54,676 nt of DNA from an uncultured Muribaculaceae bacterium (GCA_964609995.1 CAZSTI010000002.1:1-54676); one strand, 5' to 3'. Shown: positions 1 through 13,746, numbered from the stretch's first letter. Made by a program: numbers and translations. The notes: generated by a model not told the origin, from the letters alone.

Positions 1-1456
1 GAGTGATTGTTTCTCTATATGCAACTTGGGGTTTACCAACTGTTGCTTCAACTCCAAATTCTCTTCTCATTCTATCAACTAATACATCTAGATGTAATTC
101 TCCCATTCCAGATATTACTATTTGACCAGTTTCAGAATCTGATTTTTGATTAAATGATGGATCTTCTTCTGCTAATTTAGATAATGCTATACCCATCTTT
201 TCTTGATCTGCTTTAGATTTAGGTTCAATTGCAACAGATATAACCGGTTCAGGGAATTTCATTGGATCCAAAATAACCGCTTTCTTTTCATCACATAATG
301 TTTCTCCAGTAGTAGTAACCTTTAATCCTACTGCAGCCGCTATTTCTCCAGCAAATACTTCACTTATTTCAGTTCTATTATTTGCGTGCATTTGAAGAAT
401 TCTTCCAACTCTTTCTTTTTCATCTTTATTAGAATTTAAAACATAAGATCCACTTTTTAATGTTCCAGAATAAACTCTAAAGAAAGATAATTTTCCAACA
501 AATGGATCAGCCATTATCTTAAATACCATAGCCGCAAATGGTTCTGAGTCAGATGGATGTCTTAATGTTTCTTCTCCATCCATAGTAATACATTTAAATG
601 CTTCGACATCAACAGGGCTTGGTAAATACTCAACTATAGCATCAAGCGCCAATTTAACTCCCATATTATTTAAAGCAGTTCCACACATTACTGGGAAAAA
701 CTTAACATCAGTAACACCTCTTCTAATTGCTTTTTTTATTTCTTGAATTGTTATATCTTTACCTTCTAAATATTTTTCCATAAGTTCGTCACTAAACTCA
801 GAAGCTGCTTCAACTAACAAAGTTCTATATTCTTCAACTTTATCTTTCATATCTGAAGGAATATCAATTTCTGTTGCTATTTCTTCTGGTTTTCCATCAA
901 ATTGATAAGCTTTTCTTTCAATAATATCAATTACACCGTTAAAATTATCTTCAGATCCAATAGGAAGTTGAATAGGATAAGCTTTTACTCCAAGCCTATC
1001 TTTTATACTTTTTACACTAGCATAAAAATCAGCTCCCATTTTATCCATTTTATTTATAAATACTAATCTAGGTACTTTCATATCTGTAGCTTGTCTCCAA
1101 ACATTTTCAGTCTGAGGCTCTACTCCAGCATTAGCATCCAATAATGCCACTGCACCATCCAATACTCTTAAACTTCTTGTTACCTCAATTGTAAAATCAA
1201 CGTGTCCTGGGGTATCAATTACATTTAAACGATGATTTTTCCAATAAGCAGTAGTAGAAGCAGATGTAATTGTAATTCCTCTTTCTTTTTCTTGATCCAT
1301 CCAATCCATTTGAGAAGCACCATCATGTGTTTCTCCTAATTTATGAATTTTTCCAGTATGAAATAATATTCTTTCGGTGAAAGTAGTCTTTCCAGCATCT
1401 ATATGAGCCATTATTCCAATGTTTCTAGTTTTTTCTAACGAATATTCTCTTGCCAT
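1..1456 (-). CDS. fusA: elongation factor G, N-terminal ~485 codons (3' end runs off the window)
   Basis: Absent from ORF track because it is open at the window edge. My translation from ATG at 1454-1456 gives [25 protein letters not shown]..., later DTPGHVDF. It follows rpsL-rpsG as in the str operon. Confidence 0.95.
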   Translation of the reverse strand, partial: MAREYSLEKTRNIGIMAHIDAGKTTFTERILFHTGKIHKLGETHDGASQMDWMDQEKERGITITSASTTAYWKNHRLNVIDTPGHVDFTIEVTRSLRVLDGAVALLDANAGVEPQTENVWRQATDMKVPRLVFINKMDKMGADFYASVKSIKDRLGVKAYPIQLPIGSEDNFNGVIDIIERKAYQFDGKPEEIATEIDIPSDMKDKVEEYRTLLVEAASEFSDELMEKYLEGKDITIQEIKKAIRRGVTDVKFFPVMCGTALNNMGVKLALDAIVEYLPSPVDVEAFKCITMDGEETLRHPSDSEPFAAMVFKIMADPFVGKLSFFRVYSGTLKSGSYVLNSNKDEKERVGRILQMHANNRTEISEVFAGEIAAAVGLKVTTTGETLCDEKKAVILDPMKFPEPVISVAIEPKSKADQEKMGIALSKLAEEDPSFNQKSDSETGQIVISGMGELHLDVLVDRMRREFGVEATVGKPQVAYRETIT

Positions 1457-1468
1457 AAATAATCCCTT

Positions 1469-1936
1469 CTACCAACGATAATGAGCAAATGCTTTATTAG
1501 CTTCTGCCATTCTATGAGTATCTTCTTTTTTCTTAACTGCACCACCCGTTCCATTTGATGCATCAATAATCTCATTTGCAAGCTTTTCTGACATTAATTT
1601 GCCACCTCTTAGTCTTGCATATTGAACTAACCAACGAAGACCTAAAGCTTGTGATCTATCATCAGAAACCTCAGTTGGAACTTGATAATTTGCTCCTCCA
1701 ACTCTTCTAGACTTAACTTCTAAAGCTGGTTTAATATTTTCTAGTGCTTTATTAAATACTTCCATTGGTTCTTGACCTGTTTGCTTTTTTATTAATTCAA
1801 AAGCATCATATAATATTGTTTGAGATTTTCCTCTTTTTCCATCATACATAATTCTATTGATTAACTTAGTTACAACCTTAGAATTATATAAGGGATCTTG
1901 AAGCACATCTCTTTTAACTGCTCTTTTCTTACGCAT
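1469..1936 (-). CDS. rpsG: 30S ribosomal protein S7
   Basis: 155 aa; [19 protein letters not shown]... and C-terminal AFAHYRW are typical S7; str operon position. Confidence 0.97.
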   Translation of the reverse strand: MRKKRAVKRDVLQDPLYNSKVVTKLINRIMYDGKRGKSQTILYDAFELIKKQTGQEPMEVFNKALENIKPALEVKSRRVGGANYQVPTEVSDDRSQALGLRWLVQYARLRGGKLMSEKLANEIIDASNGTGGAVKKKEDTHRMAEANKAFAHYRW

Positions 1937-1951
1937 TATTTATTCTCCTTT

Positions 1952-2368
1952 CTATTTGTTTTTTGGTCTTTTTGTTCCGTATTTTGAACGACCTTGTTTA
2001 CGATTTTGAACACCAGCTGTATCCAACGTTCCTCTAATTATGTGATAACGAACACCAATTAAATCAGGTACACGTCCACCACGAATCATTACTACACTGT
2101 GTTCTTGAAGATTATGTCCTTCTCCAGGAATATAGCAAGTTACTTCCATTCCATTACTTAAACGTACTTTCGCATATTTTCTTAATGCTGAGTTTGGTTT
2201 CTTTGGAGTCATAGTTCCAACACGAGTACACACTCCTCTTTTTTGAGGTGCTTGTAATTTTGTCTCTCTTCTTGTTAAAGAATTGTATCCTTTTTCAAGT
2301 GCTGGTGCTTTACTTTTTGTAACTTTATTTGTTCTTCTTTTTCTTACCAACTGATTAATTGTAGGCAT
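1952..2368 (-). CDS. rpsL: 30S ribosomal protein S12
   Basis: 138 aa; [10 protein letters not shown]...[10 protein letters not shown]... is the S12 signature. Confidence 0.97.
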   Translation of the reverse strand: MPTINQLVRKRRTNKVTKSKAPALEKGYNSLTRRETKLQAPQKRGVCTRVGTMTPKKPNSALRKYAKVRLSNGMEVTCYIPGEGHNLQEHSVVMIRGGRVPDLIGVRYHIIRGTLDTAGVQNRKQGRSKYGTKRPKNK

Positions 2369-2456
2369 TGTAATTTCTCCTTTCTTTAAAACACATATCC
2401 AGGTGTTTCATAATTTATTTAAATATAAGTTTTGATTACTCAAAACTAACTTTATA

Positions 2457-2485
2457 AATATACCATTAAAATATAAAACAGTCAA
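2457..2485 (-). promoter_or_regulatory. sigma-A type promoter for rpsL-rpsG-fusA
   Basis: On the minus strand TTGACT (2480-2485), a 17-nt spacer, then TATATT (2457-2462), about 85 nt upstream of the rpsL ATG. Confidence 0.55.
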
Positions 2486-2492
2486 TATAATT

Positions 2493-2520
2493 AATAAAAA
2501 AAATAAGTATTTCTACTTAT
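2493..2520 (-). terminator. putative intrinsic terminator overlapping the ftsH stop codon
   Basis: Minus strand ATAAGTA-GAAA-TACTTAT hairpin followed by a T8 run; the stem is AT-rich and short. Confidence 0.4.
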
Positions 2521-4372
2521 CTTCTTTTTCTTCATATCCATCTAAAGATTCATGTTCAACTAAATAATCTATTTCTTCTTTAGTTAATGTTTCTTTTTCA
2601 AGTAATGTATTTGCTATTAAATCTAATAACTTTTTGTTTGATTTCATTATTTTTAAAGCGTTTTCATGGCATAAATTAATTATTTTTCTCATTTCTTTAT
2701 CAATTTCATGAGCAATTTCATTTGAGAAGTTTCTTGATTTATTATAATCTCTACCCAAGAATACTCCTTCGTCTTGTTGTTCCAAATGTAATAATCCTAA
2801 ATCACTCATACCATATTCAGTTACCATAGCTCTAGCAAGTTTTGTTGCTTTTGATAAATCGTCTTGAGCCCCCGTTGTTATTTCTTTAAATTCCACTTCT
2901 TCTGCAACTCTACCACCCAATAAACCAGTGATTCTTTCTATTATTTCATTTTTTGTCATTGTGAATCTCTCTTCTTTTGGTCCCATCATAGTATAACCGC
3001 CAGCATAACCTCTTGGTATGATAGTAACTTTTTGAACATCATTGGCATCGCTTAACTTTAAGCCCATAACAACATGGCCCGCTTCATGGTAAGCAGTCAA
3101 CTTTTTATCGTTATCAGTATATTTTCTGCTCTTCTTTGCTGGTCCCATTAACACTCTATCTGTAGCTTCATCTATTTCTGACATAGTTATAGCTTGTTTA
3201 CTTCTTCTTACAGTTAATAGAGCAGCTTCATTTAATAAGTTTTCCAAGTCGGCACCACTAAAACCAACAGTTCTTTTTGCAAGATTTTTTAAATTAACAG
3301 AACTAGCTAATATTTTGTTTTTAGCATGTACCTGTAAAATTTCTTCTCTTCCTTTAGCATCAGGAAAATTAACTACTATTTGTCTGTCAAATCTGCCTGG
3401 TCTAAGTAATGCTGGATCTAAAACATCAGGTCTATTAGTTGCAGCAATAATAATAATTCCTTCGTTCGCACCAAAACCATCCATTTCTGTTAACAATTGA
3501 TTTAGAGTTTGTTCTCTTTCGTCGTGCCCTCCTCCTAAACCGGTTCCTCTTTGTCTTCCTACCGCATCAATTTCATCAATAAATATTAAACAAGGAGCAT
3601 TTTGTTTAGCTTCTTTAAACATATCTCTAACACGAGAAGCTCCAATACCCACGAATAATTCAACAAAATCAGAACCACTAATAAAGTAAAATGGAACATC
3701 CGCTTCACCTGCAATAGCTTTTGCCAATAAGGTTTTTCCGGTTCCTGGTGGTCCCACTAATAGTACCCCTTTAGGTATTCTTGCACCCATTTTTTGAAAC
3801 TTCTTAGGATTTTTTAAGAAATCAATTAATTCTCCAACTTCTTCTTTCTCTTCATCAAGACCAGCAACTTCATTAAAAGTTGTTTTATTGGATTCTTGAT
3901 TTAATTTTGCTTTACTCTTTCCAAAATCGAAAGATTTATTTCCTCCACCACCAACTTGTTTTGAAAAGAAATAAAAAGTAACTCCCACTAACAATAAAAT
4001 TGGTAAAACATTAATTATTAACATCCAAAAAGTTCCAGACTCAGGATCGGATTTGGCTTCAATCTTAAAATCTTTATCTATAGTTAATATTTTATTTATT
4101 ACACTTTCAGATAAAGGAGCCTTAGTTGAAAATGTTTCATTTTCTTCGTAACTATCTAATTTGCCAACTAATTCATATATTTTAGCTGAATTTCTTGGAA
4201 TAATAGTTAATTCTATTACTTCTCCATTATCTAATTTGTTACTAAATTCATCATAAGTTAAGATATTTACCTTATTATTAAATATATTTGAAAATAATAA
4301 TAATAGTATTAAAAAAACTCCCACCAAAAAATATGGCGTCATGGCTTTTCTTTGTTCTTTGCTGTATTTCAT
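2513..4372 (-). CDS. ftsH: ATP-dependent zinc metalloprotease FtsH
   Basis: Two N-terminal TM segments, Walker A GPPGTGKT, Walker B IIFIDEID-like, zinc site HEAGH. The track start at 4384 is a TTG inside the SD GGGAGGAAG, so I chose the ATG at 4372. Confidence 0.95.
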   Translation of the reverse strand: MKYSKEQRKAMTPYFLVGVFLILLLLFSNIFNNKVNILTYDEFSNKLDNGEVIELTIIPRNSAKIYELVGKLDSYEENETFSTKAPLSESVINKILTIDKDFKIEAKSDPESGTFWMLIINVLPILLLVGVTFYFFSKQVGGGGNKSFDFGKSKAKLNQESNKTTFNEVAGLDEEKEEVGELIDFLKNPKKFQKMGARIPKGVLLVGPPGTGKTLLAKAIAGEADVPFYFISGSDFVELFVGIGASRVRDMFKEAKQNAPCLIFIDEIDAVGRQRGTGLGGGHDEREQTLNQLLTEMDGFGANEGIIIIAATNRPDVLDPALLRPGRFDRQIVVNFPDAKGREEILQVHAKNKILASSVNLKNLAKRTVGFSGADLENLLNEAALLTVRRSKQAITMSEIDEATDRVLMGPAKKSRKYTDNDKKLTAYHEAGHVVMGLKLSDANDVQKVTIIPRGYAGGYTMMGPKEERFTMTKNEIIERITGLLGGRVAEEVEFKEITTGAQDDLSKATKLARAMVTEYGMSDLGLLHLEQQDEGVFLGRDYNKSRNFSNEIAHEIDKEMRKIINLCHENALKIMKSNKKLLDLIANTLLEKETLTKEEIDYLVEHESLDGYEEKEDK

Positions 4373-4390
4373 TCTTCCTCCCAATGTACA

Positions 4391-5716
4391 TTAATAGTAC
4401 TTGATTATTATATCATATTTTTCTTTTTTATTTCTATCATATATAGACTTTTTAATTCCAGGAATCCATACAATTGTATCAGTTGAGTCTAAAACTATGG
4501 GCCATTTGTCTCTTTCTTCAACCGGAATTTTTTCATCTATAAATATAGCTTTTATTTTTTTGCTTCCCAACATCCCCTTAACTTTTATTTTATCTCCGTT
4601 TCTTCTATTTCTAACATATAACGGTAGTTTAAGTTCCTCTGTATTTAATCTACATATATAATTTGTTGAATTTGTTGATTCTTCTACTATTTCAATGTTT
4701 TTTCCATTAGGTAAATTAATGAATTTTGACAATTCAATCTCATAGTCGTTTATTTCACTTTCCTCTTTTTTTATAAAAATATTGTTATAACTTTTAATAA
4801 CACATATATCATTTGGTAAATGAATATAACTATTAGATTTACTACTCAATATTAACCTTTGTATTAAATCAACGTGTACATCGCTTATTAACATTAAATC
4901 ATCATGATAAATTGATTCCAATATTTGATTTATTATCTTTTTTTGAATTATTTCCTCTAATTTTAAATATTTTGTTATATTTAAAATTTTTTGTGCATAA
5001 ACATCATTTAATTCTTTTTTAGCTTGTTTTTCAATGTAATCATTATATTCTAAAAGTGTTTTTGAAAATTTTTCAAATTTTTGATGAACATTTGGATCTT
5101 CTTTTTTCAAAAAAGGTAATATGTATTTTCTATATCTATTTCTAGTATATTTGTCTTTATCATTTGAAATATCTATAACATATTTAATCTTTTTTTCTCT
5201 ATTATACTTTAATATTTCATCTTTTGTTATTGAATAAAGAGGCCTAACTAATTTATAATCATTAAATTCTATTTCTTTTTGAAAACCACTATATCCTTTT
5301 AATGATGATCCTCTTGAAATTCTCATTAATATCGTTTCCATCAAATCATCTGCATGGTGAGCAGTTAGTAAATATTTCGCTTTATATTTTTTAACATTAT
5401 TTTCGAAAAATTCATATCTTTTTGTTCTAGCTTCATTATGAAAATTATCATCACCATATGTTTTTATTTTCATATATTCAAATATTATGTTATTCAATTT
5501 ACAGTAATTTTTTATAAAATCTGCCTCATATTCGCTTTCTAATCTTACATTGTGATTAATATGAGAACACACTATATTTATTTGAATTTCTTCCCTTAAT
5601 TCTATTAACAATTGTAATAACGCCATTGAATCCGGACCGCCAGAAACCCCAATAACAACATAATCATTGTCTTTTAAATTAAGATTCTTTAATAAATAAT
5701 CATATACTTCATTCAT
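4391..5716 (-). CDS. tilS: tRNA(Ile)-lysidine synthetase
   Basis: PP-loop SGGPDSMALL and a long TilS-type C-terminal region. I chose the ATG at 5716, preceded by AGAGGGGAAA, over the track start at 5770. Confidence 0.88.
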   Translation of the reverse strand: MNEVYDYLLKNLNLKDNDYVVIGVSGGPDSMALLQLLIELREEIQINIVCSHINHNVRLESEYEADFIKNYCKLNNIIFEYMKIKTYGDDNFHNEARTKRYEFFENNVKKYKAKYLLTAHHADDLMETILMRISRGSSLKGYSGFQKEIEFNDYKLVRPLYSITKDEILKYNREKKIKYVIDISNDKDKYTRNRYRKYILPFLKKEDPNVHQKFEKFSKTLLEYNDYIEKQAKKELNDVYAQKILNITKYLKLEEIIQKKIINQILESIYHDDLMLISDVHVDLIQRLILSSKSNSYIHLPNDICVIKSYNNIFIKKEESEINDYEIELSKFINLPNGKNIEIVEESTNSTNYICRLNTEELKLPLYVRNRRNGDKIKVKGMLGSKKIKAIFIDEKIPVEERDKWPIVLDSTDTIVWIPGIKKSIYDRNKKEKYDIIIKYY

Positions 5717-5741
5717 AGATTTCCCCTCTATTCTAGACTTA

Positions 5742-5770
5742 ATATTAACATTTAGACAAATCTTATTCAA
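5742..5770 (-). promoter_or_regulatory. putative promoter for tilS-ftsH
   Basis: Minus strand TTGAAT (5765-5770), 17 nt, TAATAT (5742-5747). Confidence 0.4.
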
Positions 5771-5778
5771 GTATTAAA

Positions 5779-5802
5779 TGAAAAAAACCACAACAGTGGT
5801 TT
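5779..5802 (-). terminator. intrinsic terminator after rpoC
   Basis: Minus strand AAACCAC-TGTT-GTGGTTT hairpin followed by TTTTTTC; overlaps the rpoC stop codon. Confidence 0.55.
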
Positions 5803-8800
5803 ATTCACTTAATTTTTCTTCTAAAACATCAAATGGTTCTTCATCTTTGAAACTAGATTCTAAATCCATTTCAACGCCTCTATATTTTTTAGCACCCGTA
5901 CCTGCAGGAATTAATTTTCCAATTATTACATTTTCTTTTAATCCTTCAAGTTTGTCTATTTTTCCCTTAATAGCAGCATCAGTAAGAATTCTTGTTGTTT
6001 CTTGGAATGAAGCCGCAGATAAGAATGAATCAGTTTCCAAAGATGCTTTTGTAATACCCAATAAGATAGGTTTTCCTACTGCTGGACTCTTTCCTTCTAA
6101 TATTAAATCTTTATTAACTGAAGTAAATTGATTTAAAGATACCAATTTTCCAATTATTAAATTAGAATCTCCTGAATCTACAATTTTTATTTTAGATATC
6201 ATTCTTCTTGCCATAATCTCAATATGTTTATCTGCAATATCTTCTCCTTGTGTTCTATATACTTTTTGAATTTCTTTCAATATATACTCTTGTACTGTTA
6301 TAGGATCTGTAACTGCAAGTAATTCCTTTGGATTAATATTTCCTTCTGTTAATTTTTCGCCCGCTTTAACTTTTTGTTCTTTTTCAACTATTATTTTTGA
6401 ACCATATAATGAAATATGTTCTTTTGATTCAACATCATTAGTAACAATGATTTTATATTTTCCATTAACATATTCAACATTTGTAATAGTTCCTGATATT
6501 TCTGATATTGTTGATTTTCCTTTTGGATTTCTTGCTTCGAATACTTCTTGAACACGAGGTAAACCTTGTGTAATGTCATCTCCGCCAGCTACTCCTCCAG
6601 TATGGAAAGTTCTCATTGTTAATTGAGTTCCCGGTTCCCCTATTGATTGAGCAGCCATTATTCCAACAGCTTCTCCTACTTCAACCATGTTTCCAGTTGC
6701 CAAATTTAATCCGTAGCATTTAGTACAAACTCCATTATGAACCTTGCAAGTTAATAGCGTTCTTATTTCAACCGCATCTATTCCTGCTTTAGTTATTTTG
6801 TCTGCAATGCTTTCCGTAATTAATTCGTTTCTATCTACAATTATTTCTTTCGTTTCTGGGTGAATTACTTTTTTGTTTGCAACTCTTCCTGAAATTCTAT
6901 CCTTTAATCCTTCGATAGTAGAACCCTCTTTTTCATCATAAATTCCTTTTACAACTACTCCTGAAATTGTTCCACAATCATCTTCTCTAACTATAACATC
7001 TTGAACAACATCAACAAGTCTTCTTGTTAAATATCCTGATTCGGCAGTTTTTAATGCTGTATCAGCACTTCCTTTTCTAGCACCATGTGTAGAAGTAAAA
7101 AATTCAGATACACTTAATCCTTCAATGAATGAAGATATAACTGGAATTTCAACGGATTCACCATTTGGTTTAGCCATTAATCCACGCATACCTGCTAATT
7201 GAGTAAAGTTACTAATTTTACCACGAGCTCCAGAACGCATCATTATAAATAATGGATTATCCATATTTTGTTTTGAATAAACATCCAATTCTTTTTGAAT
7301 TTTATCTTTGGTATCAGTCCAAACTTCTATTACTTTCTTTAATCTTTCTTGATCGGTTATTAAACCTCTTTGAAATTGTTTATTAATTTTTGTAACCATT
7401 TCAGTACTTTCTTCAATTATTTTTGGCTTATTTTGACTTAACATTACATCACTAGCTGCTATTGTAATTCCAGCTTTTGTAGAATATTTAAATCCTAAAT
7501 CTTTTAATCTATCCAAAAATATTGAAGTTTCAGTAGTTTTATTTCTTTTAAATACTTGCGCAATAATATTTCCCAAGTCTCCCTTTGCAAAAGGAGGAAC
7601 TAAAGGCATTTCTTTTATTGTTTCTTTAATATTAGAACCTTTTTCTATGAAAAACTTGCTTGGTATCATTCTTTCAATATTTTCAGTTGACGCTTCATTA
7701 ATATATTGAAAAGTATCTGGCAATATTTCATTGAATTTAATTTTTCCAACTGTTGTAACTAAATATTTATCTTTTTGATTATCCGGGAATAACTTATATT
7801 TAAACGAAGATACAGGAATTACTATTCTTGTATGTAGTGATATTTCATCTCTTTCATATGACATTAATGCTTCGTTACAATCTTTAAATACTCTTCCTTC
7901 TCCAACAAGATTTGGTTTTTCAATTGTAATATAGTAATTACCTAATACCATATCTTGTGTTGGTGTTACTATAGGCTTTCCATTTTTAGGAGATAATATA
8001 TTGTTAGAACCTAACATTAATATTCTTGCCTCTGCTTGAGCCTCAACTCCTAAAGGAATATGTATCGCCATTTGATCTCCATCAAAGTCGGCATTAAATC
8101 CAGTTGTAACTAACGGATGAAGTCTAATTGCTCTTCCATCAACTAATTTTGGTTCAAACGCTTGAATACCAAGTCTATGTAATGTTGGTGCACGATTTAA
8201 TAATACTGGATGTTCTTTAATTATTTCTTCAACAACATCCCATACTCTATCATCTTTAGCTTCAATTAATTTTTTAGCGCTCTTAATGTTATGAGCTATT
8301 TCCTTTTCAACCAACATTTTAATAACATGTGGTCTAAATAGTTCAAGCGCCATCTCTTTAGGCAATCCACATTGATACATTTTTAAATCTGGTCCAACAA
8401 CTATTACAGAACGCCCAGAATAATCTACTCTTTTTCCCAATAAATTTTGTCTGAATCTTCCTTGTTTTCCCTTCAAAGCACTACTTAATGATTTCAAAGG
8501 TCTATTAGATGCTCCAGTTATGTTTCTTCCTCTTCTACCATTATCAAATAAAGCATCCACTGCTTCTTGAAGCATACGTTTTTCATTTCTTACAATAATT
8601 GAAGGAGCATTTAATTCTAATAATCTTTTTAAACGATTATTTCTATTAATTACTCTTCTATATAAGTCATTTAAATCACTTGTTGCAAATCTACCGCCAT
8701 CTATTTGAATCATTGGACGAAGTTCTGGTGGTATTACAGGTAATAAAGTTAATACCATCCATTCCGGTTTATTGCCGGATTTGTATAATGAATCTAAAAT

Positions 8801-9442
8801 TTCAAGTCTCTTTGCTAATCTAATTTTTCTTTGCCCAGATGAATTTTCTATTTCTTTATTTATATTATTAATTTCTTCTTCTAAATTAACTTGTGCTAAT
8901 AATTTTTTTATAGCTTCAGCACCCATTCCAACTTCAAAAGCATCTCCGTATTTTTCATAGAAAGTTAAATATTCTTTATCAGATAAAGTTTGTTTTTTTT
9001 CTAAAGGTGCAATTCCTGGATCCAATACCACATATGAAACGAAATATAAAACTTCTTCCAAATCTCTTGGAGACATATCTAAAACAAGACCCATTCTTGA
9101 AGGAGTTCCTTTAAAGAACCATATGTGAGAAACTGGAGCAGCTAGTTCAATATGCCCCATACGTTCTCTTCTAACTTTTGCTTTTGTAACTTCAACTCCA
9201 CATTTATCACAAATGATATTTTTATATCTTAATCTTTTGTATTTTCCACAAGAACATTCATAATCTTTTGTTGGTCCGAATATTTTTTCACAAAACAATC
9301 CATCTCTTTCAGGTTTTAATGTTCTATAATTTATTGTTTCCGCTTTTTTTACTTCTCCATGAGACCAAGCTTTTATATCTTCAGGAGACGCAATTGAAAT
9401 TTTTAATCCTGCAAACTTGTCAGTTCCCATCATATTATTCAT
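5801..9442 (-). CDS. rpoC: DNA-directed RNA polymerase subunit beta'
   Basis: 1213 aa; zinc finger [23 protein letters not shown] and catalytic NADFDGDQM motif. Confidence 0.98.
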   Translation of the reverse strand: MNNMMGTDKFAGLKISIASPEDIKAWSHGEVKKAETINYRTLKPERDGLFCEKIFGPTKDYECSCGKYKRLRYKNIICDKCGVEVTKAKVRRERMGHIELAAPVSHIWFFKGTPSRMGLVLDMSPRDLEEVLYFVSYVVLDPGIAPLEKKQTLSDKEYLTFYEKYGDAFEVGMGAEAIKKLLAQVNLEEEINNINKEIENSSGQRKIRLAKRLEILDSLYKSGNKPEWMVLTLLPVIPPELRPMIQIDGGRFATSDLNDLYRRVINRNNRLKRLLELNAPSIIVRNEKRMLQEAVDALFDNGRRGRNITGASNRPLKSLSSALKGKQGRFRQNLLGKRVDYSGRSVIVVGPDLKMYQCGLPKEMALELFRPHVIKMLVEKEIAHNIKSAKKLIEAKDDRVWDVVEEIIKEHPVLLNRAPTLHRLGIQAFEPKLVDGRAIRLHPLVTTGFNADFDGDQMAIHIPLGVEAQAEARILMLGSNNILSPKNGKPIVTPTQDMVLGNYYITIEKPNLVGEGRVFKDCNEALMSYERDEISLHTRIVIPVSSFKYKLFPDNQKDKYLVTTVGKIKFNEILPDTFQYINEASTENIERMIPSKFFIEKGSNIKETIKEMPLVPPFAKGDLGNIIAQVFKRNKTTETSIFLDRLKDLGFKYSTKAGITIAASDVMLSQNKPKIIEESTEMVTKINKQFQRGLITDQERLKKVIEVWTDTKDKIQKELDVYSKQNMDNPLFIMMRSGARGKISNFTQLAGMRGLMAKPNGESVEIPVISSFIEGLSVSEFFTSTHGARKGSADTALKTAESGYLTRRLVDVVQDVIVREDDCGTISGVVVKGIYDEKEGSTIEGLKDRISGRVANKKVIHPETKEIIVDRNELITESIADKITKAGIDAVEIRTLLTCKVHNGVCTKCYGLNLATGNMVEVGEAVGIMAAQSIGEPGTQLTMRTFHTGGVAGGDDITQGLPRVQEVFEARNPKGKSTISEISGTITNVEYVNGKYKIIVTNDVESKEHISLYGSKIIVEKEQKVKAGEKLTEGNINPKELLAVTDPITVQEYILKEIQKVYRTQGEDIADKHIEIMARRMISKIKIVDSGDSNLIIGKLVSLNQFTSVNKDLILEGKSPAVGKPILLGITKASLETDSFLSAASFQETTRILTDAAIKGKIDKLEGLKENVIIGKLIPAGTGAKKYRGVEMDLESSFKDEEPFDVLEEKLSE

Positions 9443-12400
9443 CTCCCCCTTCTTCTATATCACTAAAATCCATTTCCAAATCTTCTTCGACTACTTTTTC
9501 TTCAATAATAGGCATTTCTTCTTTTACATCATCCTTTATTTCTTCTATTGAAAGCAGTACATTTTCTCTTGTTTCTTCATCTTCAAGTTGTTTTAAGTCA
9601 ACCTCTTCATCTTTTTCATTTATTAAAGATATATTCAATCCAAGTGCTTGGAACTCTTTTATTAATACTCTAAATGATTCTGGTAATCCTGGTGGTTGAA
9701 TTGGATTTCCTTTAACTAATGATTCATAGGTTTTTACTCTTCCAACAACATCATCAGATTTTATTGTTAATATTTCTTGTAAAATATTTGCAGCTCCATA
9801 AGCATATAAAGCCCATACTTCCATTTCTCCGAATCTTTGTCCACCAAATTGAGCTTTACCGCCTAATGGTTGTTGAGTCACTAATGAATAAGGTCCGGTG
9901 CTTCTAGCATGAATCTTATCGTCAACCATGTGGTGAAGTTTAATCATGTACATTACTCCAACACTTATTCTATTATCAAATGGTTCACCAGTTCTTCCGT
10001 CATATAAAACCATTTTTCCATCTTCATCCATTTTAGCTTCTTTCATTAAATCTTTAATGTCATCTAATGTAGCTCCATCAAATACTGGAGTAGCAGTATG
10101 AATTTTTAATGATTTAGCAGCCATTCCTAAATGTAATTCTAATATTTGTCCAATATTCATACGAGATGGAACACCTTGAGAATTAAGCAATATATCAACT
10201 GGTCTTCCATCGGCCATATAAGGCATGTCTTCTTGAGGTAATATTAAAGATACAACACCTTTATTACCGTGTCTTCCTGCCATTTTATCTCCAACAGATA
10301 CTTTTCTTTTTTGAATAATCGAAACACGAACTACCATATTAACTCCACTAGGTAATTCATCTGATTCTTTTTTAGTGGTAATTTTAATATCGTGAACTAT
10401 TCCGCCTTCTCCATGCTCAACTCTTAAAGAGGTGTCTCTAACTTCTCTAGTTTTTTCACCGAAAATTGCATGTAGTAATTTTTCTTCAGAAGTTAATTCA
10501 ACCATTCCTTTTGGTGTTACTTTACCAACAAGAATATCACCTTCGAATACTTCCGTTCCAATTCTAATTATTCCATTTACATCCAAATTCTTTCTGTTTT
10601 CTTCAGAAACATTAGGTATATCTCTAGTAATTTCTTCTGGACCCAATTTTGTTTCTCTGCATTGAATTTCATAATTTTCTATTTTTAATGATGTATATGC
10701 GTCATCTTTAACAATTCTTTCATTAATAACAACAGCATCTTCATAATTATATCCATCAAAAGTCATAAATGCTATAACTACATTTTTACCTAATGCCAAC
10801 TCACCTTTATCAGTACTTGGACCATCTCCAATAACCATTCCAGCTTTAACAATATCCCCAGCTCTTACGATTGGAATTTGATGATAACATGTTGCAACAT
10901 TTGATCTTTCATAATTTTTTAAATAATAAACATCCTTATCTTCCTTGTTCTTTACTACAATCTTTGTAGCATCAACATAATCTACAATTCCATCCGCTTT
11001 TGCTATAACAACAGCTCCACTATCTTTTGCCGCAATATGTTCAACACCCGTTGCTACTAAAGGGGCTTCGGTTTTTAATAATGGTAAAGCTTGACGTTGC
11101 ATGTTTGCACCCATCAATGTTCTAGTTGCATCATCGTTATCTAAGAATGGAATACAACTAGCAGTAATTGATACAATTTGTTGAGGAGATACATCTATAT
11201 AATCAACTTCTTCTTTTTTTGCCATTATTGTATCGCCTTTATATCTTACGACAACATTATCTTCTAATATAGTTCCATCATTTCCTAATTTAACTCCAGC
11301 TTGAGAAATCATATAATCATTTTCTTCATCTGCAGTTAAGTATTCTATCTTATCTTTATAAACTTTAGATTCAACTACCTTTGCATATGGAGTCATAATA
11401 AAACCATAATCATTTACTTTAGCATAACTTGCTAAAGAAGTAATTAATCCTATATTTTGACCTTCTGGAGATTCTATTGGACAAATTCTTCCATAATGCG
11501 ATTCATTTACGTCACGAACTTCCATTCCCGCTCTATCTCTAGATAAACCACCGGGTCCTAATGCCGATAATCTTCTTTTATTAGTTAATTCAGCAATAGG
11601 ATTTTGTTGATCCATAAATTGAGATAACTGAGAAGAACCAAATAGTTCTTTAATTACAGCTGTTAGTGGTCTAATATTTACTAAATTTTTTGGAGTAGCT
11701 GTAGATAAATCTACTGTACTCATTTTATCTCTAATTATTCTTTCAGTTCTTGCCAAACCTATTCTAAATTGATTTTGTAATAATTCTCCTACTTGTCTTA
11801 CTCTTCTGTTGGCTAAATGATCTATTTCATCAATATTTCCTATACCTTGCAATAGATTTAAATAATAGGATACAGCTGCATATACATCAGATATAGTTAA
11901 TCTTTTTATTACTAAATTTTGATCGTTTCCAATAATTTCCACTATTTTATCTGGATTTAATTTTGAATAAACTTTTATAGTTTGAACTTTATTATAAGTA
12001 TCTAATGTTTCATTTATTTTTAATTCTTTAATATTATATCCATCTTTTAATATTGGTCTTATTTGTTCTAGGATATCTTTTGTAATAATTGTACCTTCAT
12101 CTACTATAATTTTTCCTTTTATTTTAATTTTTTCTGCCAATTTACAACCCAATAAACGATCGCATACATCTAATTTTTTATTAAATTTATAACGGCCAAC
12201 TTTTGCCAAGTCATATTTAAATTCATCAAAAAACTTAGTAATTAAATGATTTTTCGCACTGTCTAAAGTAGCAGGTTCTCCCGGTCTTAGCTTTTCATAT
12301 ATTTCGATTAATGCTTGATCAGTATTCTTAGTTGAATCTTTATCAATAGTATTAATTATATATGGATCTTCACCATAAACTTCTTTAATTTCTTCATCTG

Positions 12401-13007
12401 TCGATAAACCAAAAGTTCTTAAAAGAGTTGTAATAGGCACTTTTCTTGTTCTATCAATTCTAACATAAAATACATCTCTTGAATCCATTTCAAATTCTAA
12501 CCACGTTCCTCTTGTTGGAATTACTTGACATGCAAAAACAGATCTACCATTTTTATCTATTTCTTTAGTATAGTAGACACTTGGAGAACGCACTAATTGA
12601 GATACTATAACTCTTTCTGCTCCATTTACAATAAAAGTACCGCTTTCGGTCATCAAAGGAATATTTCCTAAAAATATTTCTTGTTCTTTAACCTCACCAG
12701 TTTCATTATTAAATAATCTTGCTTGAACCATAAGTGGAGAAGCATAGGTCAAATTTCTATCTTTACAATCTTTTATAGAATATTTTGGAGTTTCAAAAAC
12801 ATAATCTCCAAAATCTAACGAAAGATTTCCCGAAAAACTTTCAATCGGAAACAAATCGTTTAATACTTCTTTTACTCCATCAGTTACAAACCACTGATAA
12901 GATTTTTTTTGAATTTCTAATAAGTTTGATAACTCTAGAAGATTTCCCCATTTAGAAAATGTTGCCCTTTCACGATATGAACCGAATTTTTCGAATTTAT
13001 AAGCCAT
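9435..13007 (-). CDS. rpoB: DNA-directed RNA polymerase subunit beta
   Basis: 1190 aa; conserved GRHGNKGV and FGEMEVWAL blocks; acidic C-terminal tail; 8-nt overlap with rpoC (ATGAATAA). Confidence 0.98.
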   Translation of the reverse strand: MAYKFEKFGSYRERATFSKWGNLLELSNLLEIQKKSYQWFVTDGVKEVLNDLFPIESFSGNLSLDFGDYVFETPKYSIKDCKDRNLTYASPLMVQARLFNNETGEVKEQEIFLGNIPLMTESGTFIVNGAERVIVSQLVRSPSVYYTKEIDKNGRSVFACQVIPTRGTWLEFEMDSRDVFYVRIDRTRKVPITTLLRTFGLSTDEEIKEVYGEDPYIINTIDKDSTKNTDQALIEIYEKLRPGEPATLDSAKNHLITKFFDEFKYDLAKVGRYKFNKKLDVCDRLLGCKLAEKIKIKGKIIVDEGTIITKDILEQIRPILKDGYNIKELKINETLDTYNKVQTIKVYSKLNPDKIVEIIGNDQNLVIKRLTISDVYAAVSYYLNLLQGIGNIDEIDHLANRRVRQVGELLQNQFRIGLARTERIIRDKMSTVDLSTATPKNLVNIRPLTAVIKELFGSSQLSQFMDQQNPIAELTNKRRLSALGPGGLSRDRAGMEVRDVNESHYGRICPIESPEGQNIGLITSLASYAKVNDYGFIMTPYAKVVESKVYKDKIEYLTADEENDYMISQAGVKLGNDGTILEDNVVVRYKGDTIMAKKEEVDYIDVSPQQIVSITASCIPFLDNDDATRTLMGANMQRQALPLLKTEAPLVATGVEHIAAKDSGAVVIAKADGIVDYVDATKIVVKNKEDKDVYYLKNYERSNVATCYHQIPIVRAGDIVKAGMVIGDGPSTDKGELALGKNVVIAFMTFDGYNYEDAVVINERIVKDDAYTSLKIENYEIQCRETKLGPEEITRDIPNVSEENRKNLDVNGIIRIGTEVFEGDILVGKVTPKGMVELTSEEKLLHAIFGEKTREVRDTSLRVEHGEGGIVHDIKITTKKESDELPSGVNMVVRVSIIQKRKVSVGDKMAGRHGNKGVVSLILPQEDMPYMADGRPVDILLNSQGVPSRMNIGQILELHLGMAAKSLKIHTATPVFDGATLDDIKDLMKEAKMDEDGKMVLYDGRTGEPFDNRISVGVMYMIKLHHMVDDKIHARSTGPYSLVTQQPLGGKAQFGGQRFGEMEVWALYAYGAANILQEILTIKSDDVVGRVKTYESLVKGNPIQPPGLPESFRVLIKEFQALGLNISLINEKDEEVDLKQLEDEETRENVLLSIEEIKDDVKEEMPIIEEKVVEEDLEMDFSDIEEGGDE

Positions 13008-13077
13008 CTTTTCACCCCATAATATTAAATTTTTTTCAAAGAGCTGTGTAAAAAAAGGTACACGCTACCAATTTATA

Positions 13078-13106
13078 ATATTAACAAAATAAGTCAAACA
13101 AGTCAA
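13078..13106 (-). promoter_or_regulatory. putative promoter upstream of rpoB
   Basis: Minus strand TTGACT (13101-13106), 17 nt, TAATAT (13078-13083). Confidence 0.35.
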
Positions 13107-13125
13107 TGTAAAAACATCAAGTTTT

Positions 13126-13704
13126 TTATTTTTTTGCACAAATAACCCAAAAACCTTTACTTTTCGTTAATATTTCTAAAATATAATATGATTTTAGTTT
13201 CTCAGTTATACTTTTTGCTCCTTGATCTTTTCTTATTACAAAGTATAACTTACCTTTATCAGTTAATATTTCTTTCGCTCCAATTAAAATTTCTAAAACT
13301 TTTTCTTTACCAGCTCTAATTGGAGGATTTGTAATTATAAAATCGTATTTATTAGTAATATTAGAAAGGGCATCACTTTCAAAAATATTTACATCTTTTA
13401 TTTTGTGCATTTCAACATTTCTTTTTGAAAGGTGTAGTGCTCTTTTATTAATATCAACCATATCTACAACACAATCATAATTTTTTTTTAAGTATATTCC
13501 AATTACACCATAACCGCATCCTATATCTAGCACATTTCCTTTGATATCCTTAATGGTTTCTAATAATAGTTTGGTCCCATAGTCTACGTAGTTTTTTGAA
13601 AACACACCATTGTCTACATAAAAATCATATTTTGTATTATTAATAATTGAACTTATAATTTTTATATTTGACTTTAAGTTGTTATTAGTAAAATAATGAT
13701 CCAT
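13126..13704 (-). CDS. class I SAM-dependent methyltransferase (RsmC/YbxB-like small rRNA methyltransferase)
   Basis: SAM motif VLDIGCGYGVIG and catalytic NPPI. It sits between rplL and rpoB, as ybxB does in Bacillus. I chose the ATG at 13704 behind GAGGT. Confidence 0.8.
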   Translation of the reverse strand: MDHYFTNNNLKSNIKIISSIINNTKYDFYVDNGVFSKNYVDYGTKLLLETIKDIKGNVLDIGCGYGVIGIYLKKNYDCVVDMVDINKRALHLSKRNVEMHKIKDVNIFESDALSNITNKYDFIITNPPIRAGKEKVLEILIGAKEILTDKGKLYFVIRKDQGAKSITEKLKSYYILEILTKSKGFWVICAKK

Positions 13705-13721
13705 AAAATACCTCATAAAAG

Positions 13722-13746
13722 CAAAAAAACCTATTTATATAGGTTT
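13722..13746 (-). terminator. intrinsic terminator or attenuator after rplL
   Basis: Minus strand AAACCTAT-ATAA-ATAGGTTT hairpin followed by TTTTTTG. Confidence 0.55.
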
